DNA of 64,000 bases from Lingula anatina (Eukaryota > Animalia > Brachiopoda). This document shows positions 39,301 through 53,814 of the stretch, piece after piece. The translations under genes and the position numbers were made by a program. The stretch spans positions 8,246,001 to 8,310,000 of the forward strand of contig CM120649.1 in the NCBI GenBank assembly GCA_051362555.1, given 5' to 3'. The notes under the pieces were generated by a model, which saw only the letters and a program-made list of their open reading frames with translations, was not told the DNA's origin and did no database searches. The number at the start of each line of letters is the position of its first letter. Position 1 is the first letter of the stretch.

Positions 39301-39986
39301 CCCGGCAAAAAAGAGCGGTTTGTTCAAACCCCCAATCCCCCCCCCTCCCCGGCTAGGCCTGCTATTACACGACGATGAATCAGAGATCGTAGAAATATCA
39401 CAATATTAAAAGACATATAAACAAATTATACACAAACAGAGGCACAAAAGAAACAAAGGCATCAGAAAGCATTATGATACAGCTGGGATGGAGAGAGAGA
39501 GAATCTTATATGCAGTAGTCAATATTGTTATCCTCCTTCTTACTTCAAATGATTATTTGTGCTATTGTCATTGTCGAAAATAAGATTTCTTCAGGGGAAG
39601 AATGGATATGGATTACACATCAAAATATTTCATCTGTATGTGTTCTATTTTTAGACTTACATGGTTTGGATTCATGGTTTCATCATCTGTGCCTATAGTC
39701 GTGTTGTTCTTATCGCCAACAATATTCCTTTCACGCATTACCGTTAGTATTGATTTTTATATTGCCTCAATACAAAGAGGAAAAAAATATTATCTTAATT
39801 AGTGACGTGTGAAGATTGGGTATTTAATCCATTAATCTTTGGCAACTTCTTTGGCAAGGCGTGGCATTGAAAAGGTTTCAAATCAAAGCCTTCACGTGGC
39901 ATATTCATTGAGGCGGATTAGTATCGGTAAAATAATCAAATCAAATTTAACGACCAGTAAACGCGGGGCACCGACTTCTTGAAGTC

Positions 39987-39988
<2 letters not shown>

Positions 39989-40039
<51 letters not shown>
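39989..40039. repeat. Poly-T tract of about 50 nt
   Basis: Read directly. Confidence 0.95.
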
Positions 40040-40040
<1 letters not shown>

Positions 40041-40761
40041 TGCAGGATAAATCTGTAATAGCTCACTTGTCTGTCTCGAAGAAAATCCATTTTAATTGTT
40101 ATAATTATGTAATCTAATTTTTATTATAACTATTTTTTTTTTTTTTTGAAAAGATTTCTAAAATGTAGTTTTGATGAAGAAACACTAACAATTTGATTCA
40201 ACTTAAAACCATCTTTTGAATGAATTGAACACTGGGGCGGGGCCCATAAGCAACTCGCACAGAGGGATAGACTAATCCATACAAGGGAATCAACTGATTT
40301 TCATAAAAACGTTTTTCCCTCAGATATATAGTGAACGCATTGAAACTTCTTGGTCACTGGGATCCAGTTAATGATTTCATGTGCACATCTCTACATTCCT
40401 GAGGCTTACATATTACAAAAAGTATATAGCATTGTTTTAATACCTTCGGAAGTAAATCAAAATGGCATGGGTTTTCGTCGGTGAGAGAAAGCGGTCGATT
40501 AACAGAGAGGCTCGTTATTGTTTCGAGAGGACTGCTAGCCTTACTGGAGACTGTCGTGACTTCCATGTTCGTGAATTATACATCAGCTAATGTAATCAGA
40601 GGTTGTCACATCAACATCGCGCCAATCTAATTACAGTCATCAAATATTTAAATGTTGTGTCTGTGGCTGAAATTATGTATGTATGTGTGCGTGTGCACAA
40701 GTATGTGTATGCATATAAATGCGCGTATAGATGTGTGTGCGAGCGCTTGCATGTATAGACC

Positions 40762-40804
<43 letters not shown>

Positions 40805-43678
40805 TAAAGATGTCTGTGCGTCTGCTCGTTTAGTGTGCGAGATTGTGGGTGTGGGCGCATGCGCTCGTAACTGTATATACACTTCTAGTTGTACATCAGC
40901 CAATATATTTTTTTATTTCACGTTATCAACATTTTCTTACCTCTCAGGCCAAGCAGGCATTAACACTCCTCTTAAAGCCTACACGTGTTTCTTCTGTGAA
41001 TTTTTCTGTCGCATAACATAATGGGATGGATCAAACTCATCAAATCTGTCATCCAGGGAAAATCAATCATTCGATCTGCTAATCAGTCGTAAAATTTCGG
41101 CGAGAGTCCTTTTTTGTCCTTACCTAAACCGTCAATTTATGTTGATAATTCTTCACGGTGCTGTAAGACGGGTGATCTCCTTCAAGCTGTAGTCACCTTG
41201 CTAGAGACACCCGGCTACCCAACGGTAACGAGTAGAGTTTTTGGTGTGCCTTCTATCTAAAAAACAACATGTCTGCAGCATGTTCCGTATACCAGAACTT
41301 CACGACATTGGCCATGCGTGTATTTTCCTTGCTTCATGATCTCTGCAAGCTTATTAAGTTTATGCGACGATAGCCTCACGCTCAAGTCATTGAACCTTCT
41401 GTAAAGCTAAGGCGAACTTAAGAATACTTTCAGAAACCGAATCCACAGGTGGCTTGAGATTCCTGCGTTCGCATTCGTAGCGCGAGATTAATACCTCTTC
41501 TGGTCGCAACGAGGAGGCCTAATATTATGGAGATACATCCATACCAACCCAACATTTGGAATAAACTACTTTTGTCTGAAATTCTCCTTCACTTTGTACC
41601 TGTATTTATACAGCGCGTGGCGTGTAAATACTGCAGTATTTTCTCTCAATATAACAGACATCGATCTCCGATATATCTACACTGTAAAACAGCTAACTCG
41701 CTTAACGCGGCTATTTGTTACGCCGCAGAATTGAGCAAAGCGAGAAGACTTTCAAAACATCTCGGAAATATGTTTTATTGATGTCGTGGCTCAATAAATT
41801 AGATCCCAAACTTGAGTGCAACAATCTGTTGCGCGGTGGAGACTATGGAAACTGAGAAATCAATACAACAGAATATTAGTGGAGAGAACAGACAGATGAA
41901 GAGCCTAATTGTACTCTACTTCTTAATCACATACATGCAGCTACTATGCATGACGATAACATTGCTTTATGACAAAAAAGGGAAAAAAGAAAATAATAAT
42001 AAAAGAAAGAAGAAAAGGAAGTAGTAGAAGCAAACAAAAAATCGCATTCAACTCATACGTCTAACTAGCTTACTATATATTAAAGATTTTCATTAGAAAC
42101 TGATCTCATCAGAGGCATCGTAAGAGTAAGTTATTAGTTTCTGGTAATCTCTGAACTTCAGGATGCAGACAATGAAGAGTATGTTGATCTATGGGAATGT
42201 ATTCTAACGTAATGCATCGTGATTTGCCCAAGTCTTGGCTGTCACTGACGAAGTAATTGCAGGTATGCACAGCCTATTGAATGAAATGTATATGTGAAAA
42301 GGGGGGGGGGTTGATACGTGATAAAGGCCTAAATTCGGCAAAAATAGCTTTTTCCGTTGCATTTATGACTTAATGACTTATGACTTAATATTAGCCCAAT
42401 AAAATTGACACATTTAAAGCACAAACTTCCTTTTTCTGTAGTTTTATTCACCATCCACGCGGTTCTACGCAAGGGCCAATCACTTTGGGCTGCTTGGTAA
42501 ATTGGTGTGAAATTATTGATCGTAGTTCGGTTAACTCTGTAGATATTAGCATCTAGATTAGATTGGCATGCCCAACGACTAGGGCGTTTACTACAAGCTG
42601 GTGCAAGCGCTTTTTTTAGGTGATATGAGGGCATTATCATGATGTTCCATTTCAAGGTATTATTTGGCCTCTTTCAAAAATTTTCCTAGCATAAGCTTGT
42701 TTGGATTGAATAAGGACAAACGCGGCGTTCCTAGATGTTCAGGTGAGGGAGATCTGATTGATAGCGATAGTACAGTTGTTAATCCCAAAACTCTGCTGTT
42801 ACGCCATCAGCACGAATAAGCAAAATTTTCCCGATGTATTTATCACGTCACATGGCTTTGTATATTTCCATATTATTTAATCAGATAATGTAAAAGGTCC
42901 TAGCATGCCGAACACCCATTTGCGGGTCCAATGGGAGGAGGGGGGGTGGGGGTATGTGCCACTCACTAGGCTTTGGGGATACTTCCCAGCAAACATAGAA
43001 CTTTACTATTCATGACGATAATATAACCTAAAATTCTATGGAAGAGATAAGGTAACGTTATAAAACGTTCTGTATCCTTTTTTCCCTTCCTTTTCTCCTT
43101 CCAACACCCAAAATATACATATAAAATCTACGCAAGACAAAACTATGCTAAAGCGTATGTTTGCTGCCTAGAGGGTGCTTGGATGATTTTAGATTGATGA
43201 AGCGCATATCGGTAAATTGACAATTCACAGCATTTCTTACTCAATTATTCAAAGGAATGGACGGGTCTTCCATACCGAGCCCGTGCTATGTTTGCAGTAC
43301 ATATTAGAAGTTACTGTCGAACAGTAAAAGGACACACAGATTGCAATGACTACTGACTATGCAACTCGAGGATAGAGAGCTATATATACCCTGACTTATT
43401 GAGATGAAAGATGTCGATTTACTTCACCCAATGCTGTGCGATACCTAACACCCAGTCCAGGTATGAAACAGAAAAGCAGAACCTACGGCCGTGAGTAAAC
43501 GGGGCAGAAATCGTAGCGGTTGTGGCAGACGTTTTCTGAAATATAAACTAAATAATCTCCAAAGTCATATCGTGGACCCAGTAATTCGAAAATACTTTGC
43601 ACGTATTCCATAAGCCTCGCATTTCAGAAGAACATACCTGAAAACATAAGACACCATCATATCAATCCGAGAAAAAAG

Positions 43679-46600
43679 ATGAAGAAGCCGATGCGGTTAA
43701 CAGTGGTGTTAACTTGTGCTCAAGGGTGTGTGATTCTCCTGGTTGTAGTGCACGTGCAATACCAGTTGTCGTGCAGCAGTGGAGACACTTGTCAAAACCA
43801 CAGTGAGACTGAAACCAGAGCCAATTTGGAAAATTTCCAGAACCCGCGCTTCGACTGCCAAAGACCGACAAAGGTTGTTCTTTTATTAGCGTTAATAAGG
43901 TTGTATCCTGTTTTACTGGGGAATATCCTCCATTGTAAATATACCTCTGTTCATTGCCATTTTAATTAGACTTAGTTCAAGTGAAATTCAAACATATTAA
44001 AAATGCAGAGTTTTATTCAGAATTTATTTTAAACTAACTTCTATTATCAGTATGCTTTTACAGCCTCCAATTTAATTTTGAATCGTTGTTTTCATATTTC
44101 GGAAACTAACATCTCAAGCCCGTAGCCAGCAATTTTAAAAGGGGGATTCTTTTTCTGAAAAAGTGGACCTTTTACCATGAAACCTTCACATACCTAGATA
44201 ATTATCCAGAGGAGACCTTTTCCCAGCAAAAAGGGTGGTTCTTTCGAAATCCTGTGCCCACCCCCACCCTCCACCCCGGCTACGGGCCTGCATCTTTAAC
44301 CATGTGCCTCTGTCGTCTCTTCCCTGATCGAGTTTCAGAGATTATTTGACCGTTTCCTTTATTTTCTGCATGTCTCTGTTGTTTCTATAAATGCTAATTA
44401 CTTACACTGCGCGCTGGTGGTGCAGATCTACAGTATCGATATTTTTAGGACAAGAATACTTCCGGGACATTTTGCCCCGAATCTCCCTGTGGACTAGGTA
44501 AGAACAATCTGTATTTCTACCACTATCTATCAATCCACAAATGAATCCATTAAGCCAAATTAACCTATTTCAAGGAAGAAATGACATTCATATATTAATC
44601 GTTTATCTATCTATACCCGGTTTTCATAGTATTTGAACTAATGACATTCGAGCATTCACTTTACTGTAATTGATGCTTAATTGTGTGTTCAGCGATATCA
44701 GTTTCAAATACAAACATATATATAAAGTTATACTTTGCTGAATTTTGTTTGCATATGTTTTTTTCCTGTATGCCGGAGAAAGTGAATCACACATCCTGTC
44801 GCTGTGTCTTACTTCTCCGGATGTAACATTCTCAATCCGTCAATATGATTTTGTAGACTAATACATCTAAGTAAACTTTTACCATCTGGCATTTTTTAAC
44901 GACACAAACCATTTTTTTCCTCACGTCATGTTTTTAAAGCCGTGCTCAAATATTTTAGATCAACAGGATTTTTTTAATGGATTGACGAATACTTATGTTA
45001 TACTTATTGTTTTTATCATTCATAAGTAGGAAGAATTAAGGTCAAAACTTTCTATAAGATGACCGAAGCATCAGTGGATGGATTTGGCAAAGGATATAGT
45101 CAGTTTCGTGGTGACGTCATTAAATATGGTCACTGGAAACCACGTTCCTGTATAGCCAGATCTCGTGTAGTGATAATTATACCGTATAGGAAACGTCCGG
45201 AGCATCTACGCCACTGGTTGGCTCATTATCATCCAATCTTACAACGCCAAATGATTGAGTACAGGATTGTTGTAGCTGAGCAGGTGAGACCATGATTTCA
45301 GGAATCGAATGAGCCTTTTCGGGTTGAAAAAGATTTTTTAGATTTCTTTAATATACTAGCACATATATATATATATATTTTTTTTTTTTGGAACTAAACT
45401 TGAAAAACCCAGCCTATATGGAGAAGCCTTCTCTAACTTGCGTTGCAAAAATGAGTAAATGTCATTTTTCCCAAATATTGCAATTGCATGTACTGTAATA
45501 GTACGTTTTTTTCACGAAAAGAATAACATTTGAAGACCGACACATGTTTTTGGCATAAATCACATTCGTTAACAATTTTTATTATACATTTAATTAATGT
45601 AATCAGTTAAGCTAATCAATTACCTTATTAAGTTTGCTAATAACAGTAGTTTGTCTTCTGAAACTTTTTTGTCTGAAGTTTGCAAATCGTCTACCCAGAA
45701 CAACGTTCAGGTTTAGAGGGTAGATGACAAATTCCTTGCTAGATTTCACGCCCTTTATCAATACGTTATCATTTCAGTTCGGTTCAGAACTTTTCAATAA
45801 AGGGCGATTAATGAATGCTGCCTTTATAGAGTGCAAGAAGGCATTCGATTTCGACTGTGTGATCTTCCATGACGTTGATCTTCTACTACAAGATGACCGC
45901 AACATGTACTGGTGCTATAAATTCACCAGTCCGAGGCATTTGTCTCCTGCTGTTAGTAAATTCAAATATAAGTAAGTTGGGTAGGTAAAAAGACCACGTA
46001 GACGTGTAAATGGAATAGAAAACGTAAACATACAGTGTACAGCCCATAGCCAAGGAAAACAGTAAGACAGCACCACTAGTTTTCTGGCCAAGGTGAATTT
46101 CTGTACTCCCTGACCACAGCTAGTAGTCTGTCAAGAATTATTGTAGATATACTTCAGTTTTGCATACTATTTTAGGGGTCCCTGATATCAGAGGTTATAG
46201 TATACTATTAATACAAAAGTTGGAAAAACTCACCTTGGGGAGGGGATCGAATTCAGTCAAAAAAATAGATGAAACTTTAAAATGTTGGTACTAGTAGCAG
46301 CAACAACGGCAGCAGTAGTAGTAACTTTATATTATATATTGTGTTAATTCGAGCTTTGCTGATACTCATTTATTTCATTTATTTACAAAGCGGCACTAAC
46401 GCACAACCAACGTTAACGGCAAGCAGGCAAGTAATATTTTAATAATTTCGTTCTGCCATTTTCAAGATTGCCGTACAAAAAACTAGTGGGAGGAGTACTG
46501 GCCTTCACAAAGAAACAGTTCAAAGCTGTTAATGGCTACAGCAATGAGTTCTGGGGCTGGGGTGGCGAGGACGATGACATGGCGGAGAGGTAATGATTGT

Positions 46601-46935
46601 GATTGATTACAGACTGGAGAGAGAAAGAAAGAGAGTTTTTTCTTTCAATAATACTGTCCATGTATTTAGCTGCATTCCAAACGTGTCATCAGCACAGTTT
46701 AGAAAGAATATGCAACAACATTACAGTCTCAACTAGCACAATTTACCGTACGTACAATTACCGTACGTCAACGCTAAACGTTCATCAGATAAGAATAAAT
46801 AGTGTTTTTAGAGTAATGTGAGCACAGATGAGAGAATGAGAGAGAGAGAGGCGGAGTCCGTTGTTCTTAATCTTTATTCCCTGTGAATTACAATATTACA
46901 CACACACTAACACACACACACACTCTCTCTCTCAA

Positions 46936-46966
<31 letters not shown>

Positions 46967-47753
46967 CACACACATATATCAGTGTGACATGTCTGTTTTG
47001 GTTTGGTCTGCCATAAAGTCATTACAACACCATTCTGTGCAAAAACAGGTTTCATGCATTTATAGCATGTTGTTGAACTGAGGGTGTTTCAAAATAGCCA
47101 AAACATCGGGTTGTTGGGTTGTTGTCGTTTCAGAATATCCAGCATTGGGCTGCCAATAGACAGATCTCCCCTTGAACTTGGAAGGTACAAAATGGCGGGG
47201 CACAGGCAGAGAGGATATCGCATTAGTCCCCAGTTGATGTGGGTATTAAGGCATCTGACTCTCTCTTTCCCTATCTTAATCTCTCTCTCTCTCTCTCTTC
47301 CTCTCACTCTCTCTCTCTCTCTCTCTCACGCGCATACACACACCTCGTTTTGTGTCTCTATCTGTCTGTCTGTCTGTCTGTCTCTCTCTGTCTCTTACTC
47401 TTTCCCACGCTACTGAAAAAAAAATCTACGTATGAAAGGTCATTTAAAAGTGGGTTACATTATATTTTTCAATAAACGTATTTTTGTATTTATTCATTTA
47501 TCCATGCCTTTGTGGTTATTATCTTTTATTTAAACAAACAAACAAACAAACGAATAATCAAATAAATAATTAAACGAAAGAATAAATAAATCATATTCGC
47601 AGGGGGAGACTGCTGGACACAAGCCGCACCCGATTCAAGCGAGACGGCCTCAGTAACCTACAGTATCACGTGGTCTTATTCCAAAACGGAACTCTTTTCA
47701 CGCGAATTCTGTTAGACATAGGACGCATTAGTCCGGCAGATGCGAAATCTTGA
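43679..47753 (+). CDS. Glycosyltransferase family 7, beta-1,4-GalNAc/Gal-transferase (bre-4/B4GALT-like), 357 aa
   Basis: Phase-consistent exons 43679-43873, 44449-44497, 45027-45283, 45778-45971, 46467-46589, 47134-47238, 47603-47753. N-terminal membrane anchor, IIIPYRKR, FNKGRLMN, FHDVDLL, PRHLS, WGWGGEDDD, YKMAGH and DGLSNL. Confidence 0.93.
44115..44290. mobile_element. CAGGCCCGTAGCCAG-type MITE with 5-bp TSD
   Basis: caagcccgtagccag ... cggctacgggcctg, flanked by CATCT on both sides. Confidence 0.8.
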
Positions 47754-49204
47754 GAGACAGATAATTAAACGAGAGTATTTTCACAGACAGAAGCCATTCA
47801 ACATCTTTTATTCTCAGTTTTCACGGTAACTGTGATGTAAATTGCCAATGCCATAATTCTGGGTAATTCCTGTCGCACCGTGTGTTTTCGTCAATAACAC
47901 TTATTGCTTTTTATTATTAGATGGCTTACAGTGGTTTCTTTTTCAATTCAGACAAGGTTATTAACATTCCTGTGCAATGCTTATCTGACCCCGGCAGCAG
48001 AACTTGGCAAATACATGTAAATTAAGCATGTTGTCATTACTAATCGAAAATAAAAACTTGTTCTGATCAAAATTTAAAATATCAAAATTGTTGTTTAATC
48101 GCATAGCAATATTAAAAAAGTTCAGCACGTTCATCAATAAGAAAGACAGTTAACTACGAAGTGGTTCCAGCCCACAATACACTCAGATTCACATAAAGGG
48201 CAGGTCACAAACCCGCACATTTCTAAATTGCAAATGGCAACTGTTGTTTATAAAGGCTGAAAGAGCCATCTCAGCTGAACAGTCAGCTGTAGAGCAAAAA
48301 ATGTCTAGTGAATAATATGAGTGTTCGACGGAAAAGATCAAACGCCCCAAAATGTTAAAATACTGGTGTTTTTGACAGTTTACATTGTTTTGAAGATATA
48401 ACCTACATGTATGAATGTACATCTATGTTAAATGTTATAAAAGATGTGTTACACTGACAGTATTGATCATAGAGTTAACCATATACAACTGTATTTGACG
48501 TTATCGTTTAAAAGATTGTTGGATGAATGATTGTTGTTACACTAAATTACTACTAGTAAAGATGTGTGTTAGACCGGTATTGCTCTGTGGGTGTTGGGAG
48601 GCCATCTCTCTTATGGAGTAATTCCTTTTGTTTTTCTATACTTGTGCAATAAAATTCCTATTTTTTCCTATTTTTTTTTTTTAATGATTTTCCTGTTTTC
48701 TGAATTTTCATTATTACTCGACCCCTTTGTGTGCGTGAGTGTGTTTGTGATTGTTTATTTGTGTGTGTGTTCATTTGTGGGTGTGTGTGTCTGTGTATTC
48801 GTTTGTGTGTGCGCGTGGGTACATGTTGATTGGTAAATATGTGTGTATGTATGTGTTCATTTGCGAGTGTGTTTATTTGTAAGTGAGCGTGTGCATTTGT
48901 TTATTTGTGAGTGTGCCTGTGTACATTTGTTAGTGTGCGTGTGTGTTCGTTTGTGAGCGTACATGTGTGATTAAGTTCGCGTTAGTGAATTACCACAGGA
49001 AGTTTACGGTTGAGTGGTTGTGAAATATTTTTTTGTATAGGTGTGTCTGTGTTGGGCGCTCGCATGCCCTCTCTGAGCAAGGACTGAGTTCATTCAAGAA
49101 GCAATTACTTGGTTCATGTCAGCGATGCATTTTTTTTACTGATATCACATTGACGAGATTAAGTATGTGATTGATTAATTTTTCAATCTTTATGAAGATC
49201 CCTG

Positions 49205-49243
<39 letters not shown>

Positions 49244-51237
49244 ATTATACTCGGCACGGCATTTACAATATTCACAAAAGGTGTGACATGCTTTGCGATA
49301 TAAACTTTGGTAAAAGAAAAAAAAGAAGAAACTGACAATAAAAAATCAATATCTTGCTCTTGTAAATGATTTTGTGGAGACATCATGAAATGTGTTTATG
49401 TGCCTTAAACCTTTATTTAACAAACAAATCTTTATATATCCAGCGATGACCTCCAACTCCTATATACAGTAATTTCTGTACCAAGGTACATTACACACAA
49501 AATATTCACAAACTTGCTACCTATAAACCCGAGTTTAAGTTTATAGTTTCAAAATTGTAAATCACACTCGCTATGGGGATAAGGGAGGGAAAAATTCAAT
49601 CCAAAAACAAGAATTTGTAATGAAAAGTGTTTTTTTTTTTTTTTTTTTGTAGTAAAACTAGCCAATTCCATGCTGTGTAAAGACTGTGCGTGCATTGCAT
49701 GCATTTAAGACAAGTTTGTGGGTAGATGACAATGAACTGCAAAGTTGATAATTTGTTGTTCAAGATGCTTGCGGATAAATCTTCTTTTCCGACAAGCAAG
49801 AGACAAAGAGGAGCGTGTTCAGCAATCATGGAAAATTAACCTCAACATTCAGAGTGTGAACGCGATTCTGTGTTTTGTTCGATGTCCAGTGCACAACATT
49901 TTTCCATCGTTTACGTGCACTTACAGAGAATTTTGATGGGGCAAAATTATTCCAGCGACGATTTAATTTGCAGGCGTCACACAAACTAGTAAACAGAATT
50001 TAATTTGGAAAAATAATAGAATTATCTCATGGACATGTTTTAAGGATCTGAATTCTTGATGACGATAAAGTGTGTTGCCGACCCATGCGGCAAAATAAAT
50101 TGAAAAGTAAAACAAGTGTATTTAAATAATAACTGTTATTATCATTATTTGTTGTTGTTGTAATTAGGATATTTATCAGTATTTATCATTGTTTGTTTCA
50201 TTTAGAGAACAGTAGTGTATACGTTTTGAGATTATTTCCAGTGACCCAATGTTACGGGTCAATTATTTCTGAGAGTAGTGAGCAGACCATACTAGGGTTT
50301 AGTCCACTCGTGATTTAGCAGCCAATGCGCATGGGGTTTAGCCCATCGTATGATTTTGTCACAGATACGCATGGGGGCTAGCCCGTCGTATATGTATACA
50401 TTTTATTTATTTATTTTTATTTGAACAACAGGATTATCTCCAAGTTATGTAGCTGCAAATTGAGTAAGTTATTGTTATTTAATTATTTATTTATTTGTTC
50501 ATTATAGTATCATAAATTACGTGTTTACTTTGTTCATATTCACCATTAATTGTACTCCATTGTTAGTATTATCATTTTTATTTTTTATTCATTGCGTTTA
50601 TTTTCATTATTTTTAGTTTCACCATTTGTCTTATGTATGATGTGATGATGTGAAATAAAGGCTACTCAGATATGAATCCTGAGTTGTTCAACAAAGTGTC
50701 TCTGCTCAAGGGATAACACTGGTGAAATCATTGCGTCATTCAGGAGATCATCGGTAAGGTTTCAGACTTTCCTACGATCATTAAATTAGTAAGTTATCAG
50801 TAAATGAATTGAATAATGAATTGAAGATGAATGAAAAATATTAAGCCAATAGATATATAAAAATAAACAATATCAGGAATCCATTTTACTGTATGAGGGT
50901 CCCATTGTTAATTTTTTAAGTGAAAAATGTAAGATTTGTTTTAAAAAAGGGAAAGATAAAAACTAAGTAAAAAAAGCTTTCATTACTCTTTTTTAAGGAT
51001 GTGAACTGGTTGGAAACCGTCGCAAATGAGAGATAACAGTTTTTTTGTTACCCTCTCGAGAAAAACAGATTATGAAACGTGAGTTATCTGCCACATAGCT
51101 GTTCACCATGCAATTTCTGACCATTTGCGTCCAGAGAAAGCACAGTAAGCTTTTAGTTGTTTAACTATCTGAAAGGGATAAATTTAACAGCGATGATATT
51201 CAAGGCCCAGACTATGGAAGTGTAAGGGCCAAAAAAA

Positions 51238-51268
<31 letters not shown>

Positions 51269-52129
51269 CAAAACTCATAACACAAACATATCGTCACAAC
51301 AACTCACAGAACTCAGAAAGTAAAAGTGAAAATCCATTGTGAGTAGAACTAACAGTTTCATACTTCGGATTACAACTGGGCCGGTTTTAAAATAATGGCC
51401 AAACTGATGAGCCGATTAACATTTGGAATACTTCAAAATGAAATATCTTTCTGTCAACAACTTGAAAAATGCAACTTTTATGCCCGCCTCTGTGTGCTAC
51501 CAGATTTCACAAGAAATTATAACATTATTGGATCCCCTGTACATGACCGACGTGAAGCTGACGTAATTGATAATCTAAATGTAAAATAGGCCCGCAGACT
51601 TAATACCTATTCAGACTGTGTCTGCAAGATTATTTCAGGTAATTACGTTTTGCATGTGCTTCAAAAGAAACCCTACGACAAACTATCGCTGATGATGTGA
51701 ATTCGAAGCCTTGCTTCATGCCGTTTTTTTCAGCAATATTGATTTCAAACAGGTCTTCGTTATCCGAACTGCTATGAACATTGTTTTAACCCAGGGGCAG
51801 ATCCAAAATTTTTTTGAAGGGGGATCCGTTTTTTTAGGGATTGACAGGCCTCGGATTGCGGGGCCGACCCTCACCCCCTTGGCGTCAGGTTCCTCCTGAA
51901 ACCCCCTAAATCCACCAGTCTAACCCCTATTTATCACGACAATAAGTTCGTCAATCTGGTGCAAGGAAATCGCCTTGAAATACCTGGTTCTAATTTTATC
52001 AATAAATTATGCTTTATTTGATGAAACATCTTAATAAGGGGCCCATATCCCTTAAACAAAACACTGTAATTCCAATTGCTGGCGCCACATTCTAGCTGTC
52101 AAGCAATTCTAATGATAATCTGTCTCTTA

Positions 52130-52358
52130 GACTGGGTTCCCATACTTAGATCGATCCATCTGGATCGACGTAACTCCCTGGGGGTTCACGCTAAATTGCT
52201 ATCAGCTCAAGAGGGAGCCGAACGCGCACGAAAGTTAATTACTCCCTAAAAGCTTTTAGTAGGTGGGAGAGACATTTAAGCCGGTTAAGCTGACAGCAAT
52301 TTAGTGAGACTCCCCATGCGGAAGATAGATCGATACAAATATCTGTGGGAATGGTCTC
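52130..52358 (+). mobile_element. Harbinger-type MITE, family A copy 3
   Basis: Homologous to 10422-10635, with TTA TSD. Confidence 0.85.
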
Positions 52359-53229
52359 TTACTTGCGGATTTACAATGTACGTCAGCTCAATAAGAACAA
52401 ATAAAACAAACTTGGTTTAGTAGTAAACAGGTGCAAGGAGTCAGGCATAGCATGAAGCACTCGGGGTAACTAAATAATAATAAATAAAAATAATAATCAC
52501 TATTAATTGCAACCACCTTTCGTGTACCAGATATTTAAACTCCATAGTGATACCTTACAAAGACTGATGGGAATAGAAACGTGCAGCGGATGATTTGTCG
52601 TTACCCCTTTTCATTTTCGAGAGGAAGTGTCTGATAAAAGTCACTCCAGGACAACTTGCTGCTAACGAGGATTTGGTATAATCATGGATAAGTTTTGAGC
52701 AATTGGTGTCTGAAAGTGGTATTTTTACGCATCGCCACCACGATATGGAAATGCGGGTTCTGTCCATTTCCTTATCACTTCTTGTTTTATTACTTTGGTT
52801 GTGCTACTGACACACAAACAATAAGGTGACAAGTATGTTAAAATGATGTCACTTTCTATTTCATAACCAAGCCCATTTCTTAATCCAGCTATGCGATAAC
52901 CAAGCTCAATTCTTAATCTCTTTCAATAACCGGCTTATTTTATGGTTCTCGGAAAGCCTGAAATGTAATCTACCGCCTGATAGATCTCACGTTTTGACAA
53001 AATAAATATTCTTAACTGAGGATTTCCAGTAGGATTTCAGATACTCAGAAAAGTATGCATGAAGAAGATAATTTCATAATTTAGCATACTCTGACGAGGA
53101 ATTGTTCTCAATCTTCTGATGGGAGTCGCTTTTATTGTCAAACAGGCAGCTATGACATTTCTCAGCGCCTGTTTTGTCTCATTTTTTCAATGTGTTTAGC
53201 TGCTGAACACATTTAAAGGTAGTTCCTAA

Positions 53230-53452
53230 AGCCCCCTTTACACTGGACGGCGTCCTTTCTGCGTCCAGCAGTACGGCCCCATTTGAGAGTTAAAAGATTA
53301 TAATATTTTACGTGCCGACAACTGGCCGATCATTGAGCATTCATTCTGATACAAAATCAATGCTCGTGTCTCTGTATTAAGACCACAGCGATGCCAAATT
53401 TCATGGTCGCAGAAAGGACGCAGAAAGGACGCCGTCCAGTGTAAAGGGGGTA
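53230..53452. mobile_element. Harbinger-type MITE, family B
   Basis: About 35-bp TIR CCCCCTTTACACTGGACGGCGTCCTTTCTGCGTCC, with TAA TSD. Confidence 0.85.
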
Positions 53453-53738
53453 TAAGCAATATATATATTACGTGTCTTTAACCTGTATGTGTTTAACAAT
53501 ATGACACGTTTAACGGCTAAAAACATGCTGGGTGTTTAGGGTTTCAACGGTTTTAGCTACAGACTTGTCATTTCATATGAAATATTTTTTCCAAATAATT
53601 TTCAACCATTTTTGTATTATATATATTATTATGATCATAATTATTATGATAATAATTATTTTCCTGTTATGATGTGAACATGCAAACATGTTTCGCGTAT
53701 AAGGTATTTTAACTTCGAATTAATAGCTAATAGTGGCG

Positions 53739-53740
<2 letters not shown>

Positions 53741-53813
<73 letters not shown>
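53741..53813. repeat. (TA)n microsatellite
   Basis: Read directly. Confidence 0.95.

Positions 53814-53814
<1 letters not shown>

Noticed and set aside
50295-50392. Three degenerate ~40-bp units (gggttagccc.tcg-like)
   Set aside because: Too short and diverged to assign a function; probably a decayed minisatellite.
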